Made by a program: the position numbers and the translations under genes. 64,000 bases of DNA, from the NCBI GenBank assembly GCA_050309605.1, contig JBNRMN010000034.1, positions 1 through 64,000 of the forward strand, written 5' to 3'. This stretch comes from Anaerohalosphaeraceae bacterium. Its GTDB lineage: Bacteria > Planctomycetota > Phycisphaerae > Sedimentisphaerales > Anaerohalosphaeraceae. Every line of letters begins with the position of its first letter. The stretch's first letter is position 1. The notes beneath the pieces were generated by a model. The model was not told the DNA's origin, did no database searches, and was given only the letters and a program-made list of their open reading frames with translations. Positions 1 to 9,032 of this stretch are shown here, one piece after another.

Positions 1-3000
1 CAGCCAGTTATCGGCCAGCATCAGCAGATCGAGCAGATCGACCACGCCGTCGCCATCAGGAGGCGGGGCGATGTCCGCCGACGGCGTGCCGCCGGCGCCG
101 AGCCACTGGGCGGCCAGCACGGCAAAATCGTTCCAATCCACCCGTCCGCTCTGCGCCAGGTCGGCGATGTGGTATTCCCGAATGAAATCCACATAGTTCA
201 GCAGGACGCTGGACGTGGTCAAGTGAAGTCGGAGGATCTGTTCGTCGCCGCCGGGCAGATAGACATTCGGCACCGTGCTGTTCTGGAACGTATAAAACCC
301 GCCGGTGTTTGGCAACGCAAACGCCGCGGCCGTCTGTCCATTGACCGAAAGCGTCATCTGCTGGGGCGAATGAGAACTGCCGCTGCGAAATTTCAGGGTA
401 TAAAAGCCCGGCTGAACCGAACAGGTATATTCGAGCCATTCGCCGGCTTCGGCATAGACGGCATACGCCGCGCCGCCGTCGTTGACGAGCATAATATCCA
501 CCGCCTCATCGGGGCGGTACTGACCATAGCCGTTGACTCCGGAGCGGTCGTAATACGAAATCCACTGGCCGCCGATGTCGTAATCTTCAAATTCCAGCCG
601 TCCGGGGATCTGAATCGGAGTGCCCCCGTACGGCATTCGGCTGGCGAACCGCAGCCAGTTCACGCGAAAGCCCGTGCCGATAAATTCCAGTTTCAGTTGA
701 GCATTTTCCCGGTCGGGCAGGGGCAGACAAGGTGCCGAGACGGTCTGCCAGGTGGTCAGCGAGCCGGTGTCGGGCACCTCGACGGTCGCCAGCAGTTCCT
801 CATCCAGCCAGACAAGAATCTGTCCGCCGGCCTGGGTGGAGGCCACGCGGGCAAAGACGTCGGTCTGGGCGGCTGTACTGTGAACCGTATAGACCAGCCA
901 TTCACCGGTTTCGACGTTGTCGATGGCGTAAGCAGCCGTGCCGTCGTTGATTGAGGCGACATCGACATTTTCCTCGTATCGAAAATCGCCGCTGGTGTTG
1001 TTGATGGTGGTATCGTAATACGCGACGCCCGGCCCGCCGATGTCATATTCCTCGGCCAAAATGCGGCCGGGGATCGGATGCGGCTGACCGCCCCACGGGC
1101 CGGGTTTGGAAAATTGAATCCAGTTGACCTCCAGCCCGCCGACCGGAAACTCCAGACGCAGCAATTGATGGTCGCCGGCCGTCAGCGGGACATCCTGGAC
1201 TGAAAAAGTCCAAAAATTGTTTGCCGAGCCGCTATCGTGAACCATCACCGTGGCGATGATTTGATCATTGAGCGTGACGGTAACGGGGATGTTGTCGGTG
1301 GTTGCCGAGGCGCGAAGCGTCATCAGGTAATCTGCGGTTTCGGTGATATTGACTGTGTAGTTGAGCCATTCGCCGGCGTCGATCTGGAAGACGGCGTAAC
1401 CACTGCCGCCGTCGTTAATCGACCGGAGATCGACATCGGCGTCCAGCCGATACTGCCCGCCGCTGTTGCCGGCGGTCGTATCAAAATAACTGACGCCCTG
1501 GCCGCCGATGTCAAACCGCTCGGCCTCGATCCGTCCGGGGATGGCTGTCGGTTCGCTGCCGAAGGGGCGTGTGGTGTTGGCAAGATAAATGTTCATCACC
1601 TCGTTCGCCGAAAGGGCGTAATCAAAGACTCGCACGTCATCCAAAGTGCCTTGGTAATAGGTGTCCGCCGACCAGTTGCTGCGCCCGATGTAATTGGCGC
1701 TGCGCAGGACGCTTTGCGGGATGGCGGTCGTTCCGGTTTGGATGAGCTGACCGTTTTTATAGATTCGGACGTTGTTGCTTGATCGGTTGCTGATGGTCAC
1801 TGCAAAAAACTGCCAGGTGTTCAGCGCAATCGCATTGGACGCTCGGACAAGACCGCCTGCCGAGCCGCCGTCATAGACCCGTACCGCCAGATGGTTGGTG
1901 GTGCTTTCACGGGTTACGATGATGTTGTGGTTATTGGGGCCGTTGCCCAAGTCAATAAAGCGTGCCCAGTTTTTAACCGCTGTCGGGTGCGCCCAGAAGG
2001 CCGCCGAGAAGCCGTTGTCAAACTCGTCAAATCCGGCGGGCAATTCGATGTAGTCATTCACTCCGTCGAACCGGAGCGCATTGCCGATGATGCCGGAGAC
2101 GGAATCGGTATCAAATGACAGGTCGTTTTTCAGCACGCCGTGATTTTGTCTGCCCGACAAATCTTCGGCGACAGTGCCTTCGCTTTCATCCAGACGCCAA
2201 TATCCGATACATTCATGATTGGTGTCGAGGGACACGGCCATCGGACTGAGATTATCTCGATACACAATGCCTGCCGGGGTCAGACTGCCGCCGCTGATCA
2301 GCTCCCGATTGGTGCACCACTGATAAATCGCGTAGCGCTCCACAAACGGGGCACTGTCCATCATTGTGATTAATTCACTGATTTTGGCGGCGTTTTGTTC
2401 ATACGTTGGATGCGGCGTCGTCCAATTGCACCCGTTGTTCCATTCGGTGATCCAGATCGGTCGTCCGGTGCGTAAATGAATGTTTCGCAGCCAATTGTAC
2501 ATCTGACCGGCCGACCAGTTGTTTTTATAGAAATGCACGGCGACAAAATCCACGCGGTAGTTTCGGGCGTCGGCCTCATCAATAAACGCATAGAGCCAGT
2601 CCAGCCCGGACGCCGCATCGCTGGGCGCCGGCGAGCCAAGCCGCAGCCCCGACGCCAGCAGATTGGGCCACTGGTCAATGGCCTGCTGAACGGTCATATT
2701 GGCCTGGTCGCTTTTGTCCGGTTCATTAAAGCCGAGGGCGTGGGTGACGTTGTACTTGTTGTTGATGTTGGAATAACTGTTCCAGTTGGCGTTGTGCCGC
2801 ATCGGAACATATTCAATGTCCAGCGTGGATTGGGTGGCATTGTCCCAATCGTAGTGCCAGGCACTATTGACCATTCCCGCCTCACTACGGCCGCCGGCCC
2901 ATCCCTTTTTGCTCGTCCATCGCCACGGGAAGACTCGTACAAAGGATACGGCATTGTCCAGTTCGGGCGGCATGACGCCGATTTGCAGATCTTGTCGGTC

Positions 3001-3561
3001 AGCGATAAAGACTTTGCTGATGCCGGCGCCATTGCTTTCTTGTGCGAAAGTAGCCATATAGCCGCGCTTCAGGCGGAAAGAACTGATGGCGTTGTTCATC
3101 GCGCCAAGTTGAGACGACCGGTAGTAGGTGTACAGTCCAAGGTTCATTGCCGAACCGCTGAAATGGATGCCGTTGTAAACCTGCAGCGGCTGGTATGCGG
3201 GTCCGTGCGGAATCACGACCGTTCCGACTTCATATTGAACAATGCGAACGGTGCTGTTGAGTACCGCCGCGGCGCCATTGACCCGAATTTGGTTCAAATA
3301 GGTCGAAGTGTTCACTGATGACGGCCGTAAATTCGAGAAAAACAGCCATGAATCCGGTGAATTCAGATGGACTTGACAGTCCGACAGCGGCGCGGTGCCA
3401 GCGGACAAATGCAGCTCCGAACGACCGGTCATAAGGACCGTGGTATTGCTCAACGAGGTGAAGGAGCGGATGTCATTATCGATGGTGATTGTGTCGGCAT
3501 TACAGATGCTAAACATCCCGATTATGACACATAGATACACCGCATACTTTGTATGTCCCAT
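1..3561 (-). CDS. Secreted multidomain glycoside hydrolase: signal peptide, GH128-like beta-1,3-glucanase core, LamG-like domain, three CBM6-like repeats, dockerin-like C-terminus. The 3' end lies just beyond the window edge.
   Basis: Manual minus-strand translation from the ATG at 3561 (MGHTKYAVYLCVIIGMFSICNA). It shows GH128 motifs WHYDW, EYVPM, LGFNEPD, VDFVAVHFY and PIWITEWNNG, three 'IPGRIxAExY/FDxGGxGVxY...GEWLxYT' repeats, and terminal ADIAPPPDGDGVVDLLDLLMLADNWL. The start codon is in frame with position 1; the stop is outside the window. Confidence 0.85.
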   Translation of the reverse strand, partial: MGHTKYAVYLCVIIGMFSICNADTITIDNDIRSFTSLSNTTVLMTGRSELHLSAGTAPLSDCQVHLNSPDSWLFFSNLRPSSVNTSTYLNQIRVNGAAAVLNSTVRIVQYEVGTVVIPHGPAYQPLQVYNGIHFSGSAMNLGLYTYYRSSQLGAMNNAISSFRLKRGYMATFAQESNGAGISKVFIADRQDLQIGVMPPELDNAVSFVRVFPWRWTSKKGWAGGRSEAGMVNSAWHYDWDNATQSTLDIEYVPMRHNANWNSYSNINNKYNVTHALGFNEPDKSDQANMTVQQAIDQWPNLLASGLRLGSPAPSDAASGLDWLYAFIDEADARNYRVDFVAVHFYKNNWSAGQMYNWLRNIHLRTGRPIWITEWNNGCNWTTPHPTYEQNAAKISELITMMDSAPFVERYAIYQWCTNRELISGGSLTPAGIVYRDNLSPMAVSLDTNHECIGYWRLDESEGTVAEDLSGRQNHGVLKNDLSFDTDSVSGIIGNALRFDGVNDYIELPAGFDEFDNGFSAAFWAHPTAVKNWARFIDLGNGPNNHNIIVTRESTTNHLAVRVYDGGSAGGLVRASNAIALNTWQFFAVTISNRSSNNVRIYKNGQLIQTGTTAIPQSVLRSANYIGRSNWSADTYYQGTLDDVRVFDYALSANEVMNIYLANTTRPFGSEPTAIPGRIEAERFDIGGQGVSYFDTTAGNSGGQYRLDADVDLRSINDGGSGYAVFQIDAGEWLNYTVNITETADYLMTLRASATTDNIPVTVTLNDQIIATVMVHDSGSANNFWTFSVQDVPLTAGDHQLLRLEFPVGGLEVNWIQFSKPGPWGGQPHPIPGRILAEEYDIGGPGVAYYDTTINNTSGDFRYEENVDVASINDGTAAYAIDNVETGEWLVYTVHSTAAQTDVFARVASTQAGGQILVWLDEELLATVEVPDTGSLTTWQTVSAPCLPLPDRENAQLKLEFIGTGFRVNWLRFASRMPYGGTPIQIPGRLEFEDYDIGGQWISYYDRSGVNGYGQYRPDEAVDIMLVNDGGAAYAVYAEAGEWLEYTCSVQPGFYTLKFRSGSSHSPQQMTLSVNGQTAAAFALPNTGGFYTFQNSTVPNVYLPGGDEQILRLHLTTSSVLLNYVDFIREYHIADLAQSGRVDWNDFAVLAAQWLGAGGTPSADIAPPPDGDGVVDLLDLLMLADNWL

Positions 3562-3840
3562 CCTGTGATTCCTTAAAGCCGTCAACGATTTTTGGAGTCT
3601 GTGGAGCCAAAATGCCGATCACTCACACTCGGCCGGTCTTTATATCGTTCAATACCCCCATATACTTTGACAGGGCTGGCTAAAAACCTCATTGCCGTCT
3701 GTCCGTTGTGCCGGTTCTCAGTCGTTCAGGCCGTCCGGCTGAAATTTTCTTTTAAGTTGAGGCCGTTTGGGGTAGGATTTTAGCGCGCAAATTTAGAAAA
3801 AATGTTACTATTCCGGAAAAAAATGATGAAAAATGCCACG

Positions 3841-4878
3841 ATGAAGGCTCAGATGCTCACCGCACTGCGGCGGATTGAATCGCGACAGATTGAGCGGCCT
3901 GTGATTCAGCTACCGACGGATGTTTTATTGAAGATCGAATATGTCGGTGTTTGCGGCAGCGATGTCCACTATTATGAGACCGGACGGATCGGCAGTCAGG
4001 TCGTCCTGTATCCTTATCAGGTCGGCCACGAATGCTCGGCGACCGTCGTTGAGGTCGGGTCGGAGGTGTCCGGACTTCAGACCGGCCAGACGGTGGTGGT
4101 AGAGCCGGCGGTGGCGTGTCATGCCTGCGACCAGTGCCGCGCCGGGCGGCCGCATACCTGCCGCGAACTGAAGTTTCTGGGCTGTCCCGGGCAGATCCCC
4201 GGCTGTTTGAGCGAATATCTGGTGATGCCGGCCGAGTGCTGTTTTCCGATCGACGGCAAGATCACCCCGCAGCAGGGCGTCTTGTGTGAGCCGTTCGCCA
4301 TCGGCGTCTATGCGGTGCAGCAATCGGCTGTTGCGCCGCAGATGGCGGTCGGCATTCTGGGGGCCGGGCCGATTGGCCTGAGCTGTCTGGCCGCGGCCCG
4401 AGCCGAAGGTGTTCAGTCTGTTTATATGACCGAGATTATTCCGGAGCGGTTGGCGACAGCGCGCCGTGCCGGCGCCGATTGGGTCGGCAGTCCGCGAACC
4501 GAAGACGTTGTCGCCTCCCTTATGCGGCAAGAGCCGTACGGGCTGGATGTGGTCTATGAATGTGCCGGTCAGCAGGAGACCATCGATCAGGCCATTGACC
4601 TGCTCAAGCCCGGCGGTACATTGATGCTCATCGGTATTCCGCGGGAGAAAAAAGTCTGTTTTTGTCCTGACTTGATGCGGCGAAAGGAAATCAGCGTCAT
4701 CAATGTTCGCCGGCAAAACCATTGCACGCAAAAAGCCATCGATCTGGTTGCAGACAAGAAGGTTGATCTGGATTATATGATCACGCATACCTTTGGGTTT
4801 GATCAAACCGCCGAGGCGTTCGAACTGGTTGCCGGCTATCACGACGGCGTCGTCAAGGCGCTGATCAAAGTGGAATAA
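3841..4878 (+). CDS. Zn-dependent medium-chain (sorbitol/L-iditol-type) dehydrogenase
   Basis: GVCGSD, GHE, structural Zn site CHACDQC..C and Rossmann GAGPIG. Upstream ATGs at 3802/3823 are alternative starts. Confidence 0.88.
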   Translation: MKAQMLTALRRIESRQIERPVIQLPTDVLLKIEYVGVCGSDVHYYETGRIGSQVVLYPYQVGHECSATVVEVGSEVSGLQTGQTVVVEPAVACHACDQCRAGRPHTCRELKFLGCPGQIPGCLSEYLVMPAECCFPIDGKITPQQGVLCEPFAIGVYAVQQSAVAPQMAVGILGAGPIGLSCLAAARAEGVQSVYMTEIIPERLATARRAGADWVGSPRTEDVVASLMRQEPYGLDVVYECAGQQETIDQAIDLLKPGGTLMLIGIPREKKVCFCPDLMRRKEISVINVRRQNHCTQKAIDLVADKKVDLDYMITHTFGFDQTAEAFELVAGYHDGVVKALIKVE

Positions 4879-4965
4879 ATGGACTCTGAACTGACGCAAA
4901 GCGAATCCGTTTTTGGTGCTTTGATTGGGTAAGCGATGGACGACTGCTTGGGTGGGTTGGCTACT
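4879..4965 (+). pseudogene. Possible 5' remnant of an ADP-ribosylglycohydrolase (DraG/ARH-like) gene
   Basis: The ATG abuts the upstream stop (TAA ATG). It reads MDSELTQSESVFGALIG*AMDDCLG, resembling the ARH N-terminal motif GxLxGxAxGDALG, with an in-frame TAA at 4930. Confidence 0.35.
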
Positions 4966-4970
4966 CTATT

Positions 4971-5072
4971 ATCCGGCCGCTTGCGCGGCTCGGCTGTTGT
5001 ATTGTAATCCGGCCGCTTGCGCGGCTCGGCTGTTGTATTGCAATCCGGCCGCTTGCGCGGCTCGGCTGTTGT
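4971..5072. repeat. Three tandem ~36-bp REP-like palindromic units between convergent genes
   Basis: ATCCGGCCGCTTGCGCGGCTCGGCTGTTGTA(TTGT/CA) starts at 4971, 5007 and 5043. Each unit has a GCCGC-TTGC-GCGGC hairpin. Confidence 0.9.
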
Positions 5073-5077
5073 AGCTG

Positions 5078-5710
5078 TTATGCCAATTTTTCAAAAGCCC
5101 CTGTCTCGGAGTTCCAGGCCAGCAGGCTGCCGGTATCCAGGTCGAAGTACCAGCCGTGCAGGGTCAATTGGCCGGCCTGAACCGCCTCGGCGACCCACGG
5201 AAACGTCATCAGATTTTCCAACGAGACGAGAATGGAAGCCTGTTCGCAGGCGCAGACCTTTTGTTCTTCATCTTGATCGGGCATTTCGCGCTCGACTTTT
5301 TGTCGTGCCGAGCGGGCCGTCATCACCCATTGGTCGATGAACTCTCCGCTGGGATGGTCGCTGTCGCAGTGCATCAGGGCGTCGATGCCGCCGCAATGGG
5401 AATGGCCCAGCACAATGATATGCTCGATATTCAGATGCCGCACCGCATATTCCACCGCGGAACTGACGCCGTTGTCCGGGGCGTTTCTCTCGTACGGCGG
5501 TACAAGATTGGCCACATCCCGCACTACAAATAAATCACCCGGTCGGCAATCGGTCAAAATCGCCGGATCCACCCGCGAATCACTGCATCCAATGACCAGT
5601 ACCTTGGGGCGCTGGGCTTCGCGGAGTTGTGCATACAGTGAATTGCCCTCCTTGTAATAGCGTTTTTGAAACCGTTTGAAGCCGTTGATCAAGGCATCCG
5701 GATTCTGCAT
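5078..5710 (-). CDS. Beta-class carbonic anhydrase
   Basis: GCSDSRV and HSHCGG Zn-ligand motifs; C-terminal LHGWYFDL. Confidence 0.93.
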   Translation of the reverse strand: MQNPDALINGFKRFQKRYYKEGNSLYAQLREAQRPKVLVIGCSDSRVDPAILTDCRPGDLFVVRDVANLVPPYERNAPDNGVSSAVEYAVRHLNIEHIIVLGHSHCGGIDALMHCDSDHPSGEFIDQWVMTARSARQKVEREMPDQDEEQKVCACEQASILVSLENLMTFPWVAEAVQAGQLTLHGWYFDLDTGSLLAWNSETGAFEKLA

Positions 5711-5758
5711 TATTATTCCTTATCATTGTCTGAAGCAATCGTGATTATGTGAAGCCGA

Positions 5759-5787
5759 TAGTCTATCCGACAACACGACCTTGTCAA
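5759..5787 (-). promoter_or_regulatory. Sigma70-type promoter for the carbonic anhydrase
   Basis: Minus strand TTGACA-N16-TAGACT upstream of the start at 5710. Confidence 0.5.
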
Positions 5788-5870
5788 GTTGTTTTTGGAA
5801 GTTAAGACTCGACGGGACTTTTGGAACTCCTGACTATGACCGACACACGGGATGCGTAAGAATAATCGCT

Positions 5871-5899
5871 TTGCATTCGGGGGATCGAACCGATACAAT
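5871..5899 (+). promoter_or_regulatory. Sigma70-type promoter for yjbQ and the PEP-synthase-like gene
   Basis: TTGCAT-N17-TACAAT, followed by a GAGGAG RBS before the ATG at 5946. Confidence 0.55.
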
Positions 5900-5945
5900 A
5901 ACGAAACGGAATCGACAACGAAATCCTATCCGAGGAGACTGCGCC

Positions 5946-6362
5946 ATGAAGAGTTATCGCAAAGAGCTGACGATGCAAACCGCCCGCCGCCGTGAGATGA
6001 TAAACATTACGCCGCAGGTGGAGCAGGCGTTGGCCGCATCGGGTATTCGGGAGGGGCTGTGTCTGGTCAATGCGATGCACATTACCGCATCGGTGTTCAT
6101 CAATGACGATGAGTCCGGACTGCATCACGATTTTGAGGTGTGGCTTGAAAAACTCGCCCCGGAAAAACCGTATGACCAATACCGCCACAACGGCTATGAG
6201 GACAACGCCGATGCGCATCTGAAACGTACGATTATGGGGCGGGAGGTGGTCGTGGCCGTTACTGAAGGACGGCTGGATTTCGGTCCGTGGGAGCAAATCT
6301 TCTACGGCGAATTCGACGGCAAACGCCCCAAACGCCTGCTCATCAAAATCATTGGGGACTGA
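5946..6362 (+). CDS. yjbQ: YjbQ/UPF0047 family protein (secondary thiamine-phosphate synthase-like)
   Basis: [21 protein letters not shown] and [13 protein letters not shown] motifs; RBS GAGGAG. Confidence 0.9.
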   Translation: MKSYRKELTMQTARRREMINITPQVEQALAASGIREGLCLVNAMHITASVFINDDESGLHHDFEVWLEKLAPEKPYDQYRHNGYEDNADAHLKRTIMGREVVVAVTEGRLDFGPWEQIFYGEFDGKRPKRLLIKIIGD

Positions 6363-6415
6363 CAGCACTCATTGGGTGAAACACAACCGTCATCGTACTT
6401 ATTGAGGGGTTAGCT

Positions 6416-8995
6416 ATGGCCATACAGGCGAGCACCGGAATCAGCGGTCTGGATGCGGCGATTTGTCATCTGCGTTTGGGCGACAATGTTGTCTGGCAGA
6501 CCGACAGCGTGGAGGATTATCGCTCATTTGTGCGGCCGTATGTGGCCCGGGCACTGCACGAAGGGCGGCGTGTGGTGTACATCCGGTTTGCGGCACATCG
6601 ACCGGTGGTTGAACCGATTGAGTCCGTTCGCCTCTGTACGCTGGATGCAGTGGAGGGGTTTGAGACGTTTTCCACGCAGATTCACAACATCATCTCCGAG
6701 GAAGGGGTCGGGGCGTATTATGTCTTTGATTGTCTCAGTGACCTGCTCTCGGCCTGGGCGACGGATTTGATGATCGGCAATTTTTTCAAGGTGTCCTGTC
6801 CGTATTTGTACGAGCTGGATACGGTGGCATATTTCGGTCTTTTGCGTCATCATCACGATTTTCACACCATCGCCCGTATTCGAGAGACCACACAGGTCCT
6901 GCTGGATGTGTATAACTTTGAGGGGCGATTGTACGTTCATCCGCTGAAGGTCTGGAATCGCTACTCGCCGACGATGTTTCTGCCGCATTATCAAAAAGGC
7001 GATGCCTATCTGCCGCTGACCAGCAGTATCGAGGCCAGTAAGCTGCTCTGGCATATCTCGCAAAAGGGGGCACACGCCGCGGCCCGTCGGCTGGACTACT
7101 GGGATCGGCTGTTTCTGGAGGCCGAGGAACTGCTGTCAAGGCCGCCGGAATCCGAGCCGGTGCGTGAAATGGTCGAGCGGCTGTGTCGGATTATGGTTGC
7201 GCGGGAAAAGCGAATTTGCGAACTGGCCGCCCGCACGCTGACGCTGGAGGATTTAATCAACATCAAAAGCCGGCTGATCGGCAGCGGCTTTATCGGCGGC
7301 AAGGCGGCCGGGATGCTGGTGGCGCGGCGAATCCTGCTGAATGATTCGTCCGCCGACTGGGCCGAGCGGCTTGAGCCGCATGATTCGTTTTATATCGGCT
7401 CGGATGTGTTTTATACCTATATCGTCGAGAACGGCTGGTGGAAGCTGTTTATGCGCCAAAAGACCCCGGAAGGCTATTTTGAGGCCGGCGCTGAATTGCG
7501 CGAGCAAATGCTCAACGGGCGTTTTGCCGAACCGATTCGCCAGCGGTTTCAGGAATTGGTGGAGTATTTCGGCCAGTCGCCGATGATCGCCCGTTCGAGC
7601 AGCCTGCTGGAAGATTCATTCGGCAATGCGTTTGCCGGGAAATATGAGAGTTTGTTTCTGGTCAATCAGTGCGACCCCGATGAGCGTTATGTGCTGTTCG
7701 AAAAAGCAGTGCGGCGGATATTCGCCAGCACGATGAGTCAGGACGCTTTGAGCTATCGGCGGCAGCGCGGGCTGGATGAGCAGGATGAGCAAATGGCCCT
7801 GCTGATTCAGCGGGTGTCTGGGGCGCATCAGAAGCGGTATTTCTTTCCGCTGATGGCGGGCGTGGGCGTGTCGTACAATACGTTCGTCTGGCGCCCGCAT
7901 CTGGATCCGAAGGCCGGGATGATTCGGCTGGTGTTCGGGCTGGGCACGCGCGCGGTCAATCGCGTCGAGGACGACTATCCGCAGACCATTGCGCTGGATG
8001 ATCCGCTGACGCGGCCGTATTCCGGCCGTAAGGACGCCAAGCGGTTTTCACAGCACAAAGTGGATGTGCTGGATGCGCAGGCGAATTGTGTGGCGACGGT
8101 TGACCTGCACGATTTGCTTGTCAACGTGCCTGAGGCGCGATCGGAGCTGGTGGTCTCGCGGGATTATGAGGCCGAAGATCAGATGCGGCAAATGGGGCGC
8201 GACGCCGGGCCGTACTGGCTGGTGGATTTCAGAAAGCTGCTGTCGGAAACGCCGTTTGTGCAGATGTGCCGGTCGATGCTTAAGACACTGGAGACGGCTT
8301 ATGCTTATCCGGTGGATGTGGAGTTTACCGCTAATTTCGCAATGGACGGGCGGTTGAACATCAATCTCGTGCAGTGCCGTCCGCTCCAGACCAAGGGGCT
8401 GCGCGCCAATGTGCAGCCGCCGCAGACGATTCCGACAGACAGGATTTTGCTGTCGATCAGCGGCGGGGCGATGGGCGGCAATATCTCACAGTCGCTGGGG
8501 TGTGTGATTTATGTGGATCCGGCCGGTTATGTGGCGCTTCCGCAGCCGCAGAAATATGAACTGGCTCGCTGTATCGGCAGGCTGAATCAGACCGTCGCTG
8601 ACCGGCACAGGCGTCCGACGCTGCTGATGGGGCCGGGCCGCTGGGGAACCAGTACGCCCAGTCTTGGGGTGCCGGTGTCGTTTTCTGAGATCAACCGTGT
8701 TACGGTCTTGGCCGAAGTGGCGTATGAGAGCGATCACCTCTCACCGGATCTTTCATTCGGGTCGCACTTCTTTCAGGATTTGGTCGAGAGCGATATTTTT
8801 TATCTGGCCGTATTTCCGCAGGCCGAGCAGACGGTATTCCGCAGCGACTGGTTTTTTGAACAGCCCAATCGGCTGACGGCCTTGGTCCCGCAGGCCGAGG
8901 CGTTCGAATCCATCATTCGCGTGTGGATGCCCGATGCGCCGCTGCGGATATTCAGCGATCTGATGCAGCAAAAGACGGTGGTGTTTTGCGAGTAG
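6416..8995 (+). CDS. PEP/pyruvate-binding (PEP synthase/PPDK ATP-grasp) domain protein with a KaiC/RecA-like N-terminal domain
   Basis: N-terminal STGISGLD; ATP-grasp motifs IGGKAAG, RSSSLLEDSFGNAFAGKYES and DVEF..LVQCRP; C-terminal GPGRWG and SFGSHFFQDLVE. Confidence 0.8.
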   Translation: MAIQASTGISGLDAAICHLRLGDNVVWQTDSVEDYRSFVRPYVARALHEGRRVVYIRFAAHRPVVEPIESVRLCTLDAVEGFETFSTQIHNIISEEGVGAYYVFDCLSDLLSAWATDLMIGNFFKVSCPYLYELDTVAYFGLLRHHHDFHTIARIRETTQVLLDVYNFEGRLYVHPLKVWNRYSPTMFLPHYQKGDAYLPLTSSIEASKLLWHISQKGAHAAARRLDYWDRLFLEAEELLSRPPESEPVREMVERLCRIMVAREKRICELAARTLTLEDLINIKSRLIGSGFIGGKAAGMLVARRILLNDSSADWAERLEPHDSFYIGSDVFYTYIVENGWWKLFMRQKTPEGYFEAGAELREQMLNGRFAEPIRQRFQELVEYFGQSPMIARSSSLLEDSFGNAFAGKYESLFLVNQCDPDERYVLFEKAVRRIFASTMSQDALSYRRQRGLDEQDEQMALLIQRVSGAHQKRYFFPLMAGVGVSYNTFVWRPHLDPKAGMIRLVFGLGTRAVNRVEDDYPQTIALDDPLTRPYSGRKDAKRFSQHKVDVLDAQANCVATVDLHDLLVNVPEARSELVVSRDYEAEDQMRQMGRDAGPYWLVDFRKLLSETPFVQMCRSMLKTLETAYAYPVDVEFTANFAMDGRLNINLVQCRPLQTKGLRANVQPPQTIPTDRILLSISGGAMGGNISQSLGCVIYVDPAGYVALPQPQKYELARCIGRLNQTVADRHRRPTLLMGPGRWGTSTPSLGVPVSFSEINRVTVLAEVAYESDHLSPDLSFGSHFFQDLVESDIFYLAVFPQAEQTVFRSDWFFEQPNRLTALVPQAEAFESIIRVWMPDAPLRIFSDLMQQKTVVFCE

Positions 8996-9032
8996 GCAGG
9001 CCTTCGGAAAACCGAGCAAAGCAGGCGGTCAA

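Noticed and set aside
169..3318. Plus-strand ORFs 169-954, 1237-1782 and 2476-3318
   Set aside because: They are antisense to the GH128 multidomain gene, and their mutual similarity only mirrors the CBM6 repeats.
4971..5072. 36-bp repeats as a mini CRISPR array
   Set aside because: The units are head-to-tail with no unique 30-40-nt spacers, and there are no cas genes in the window.
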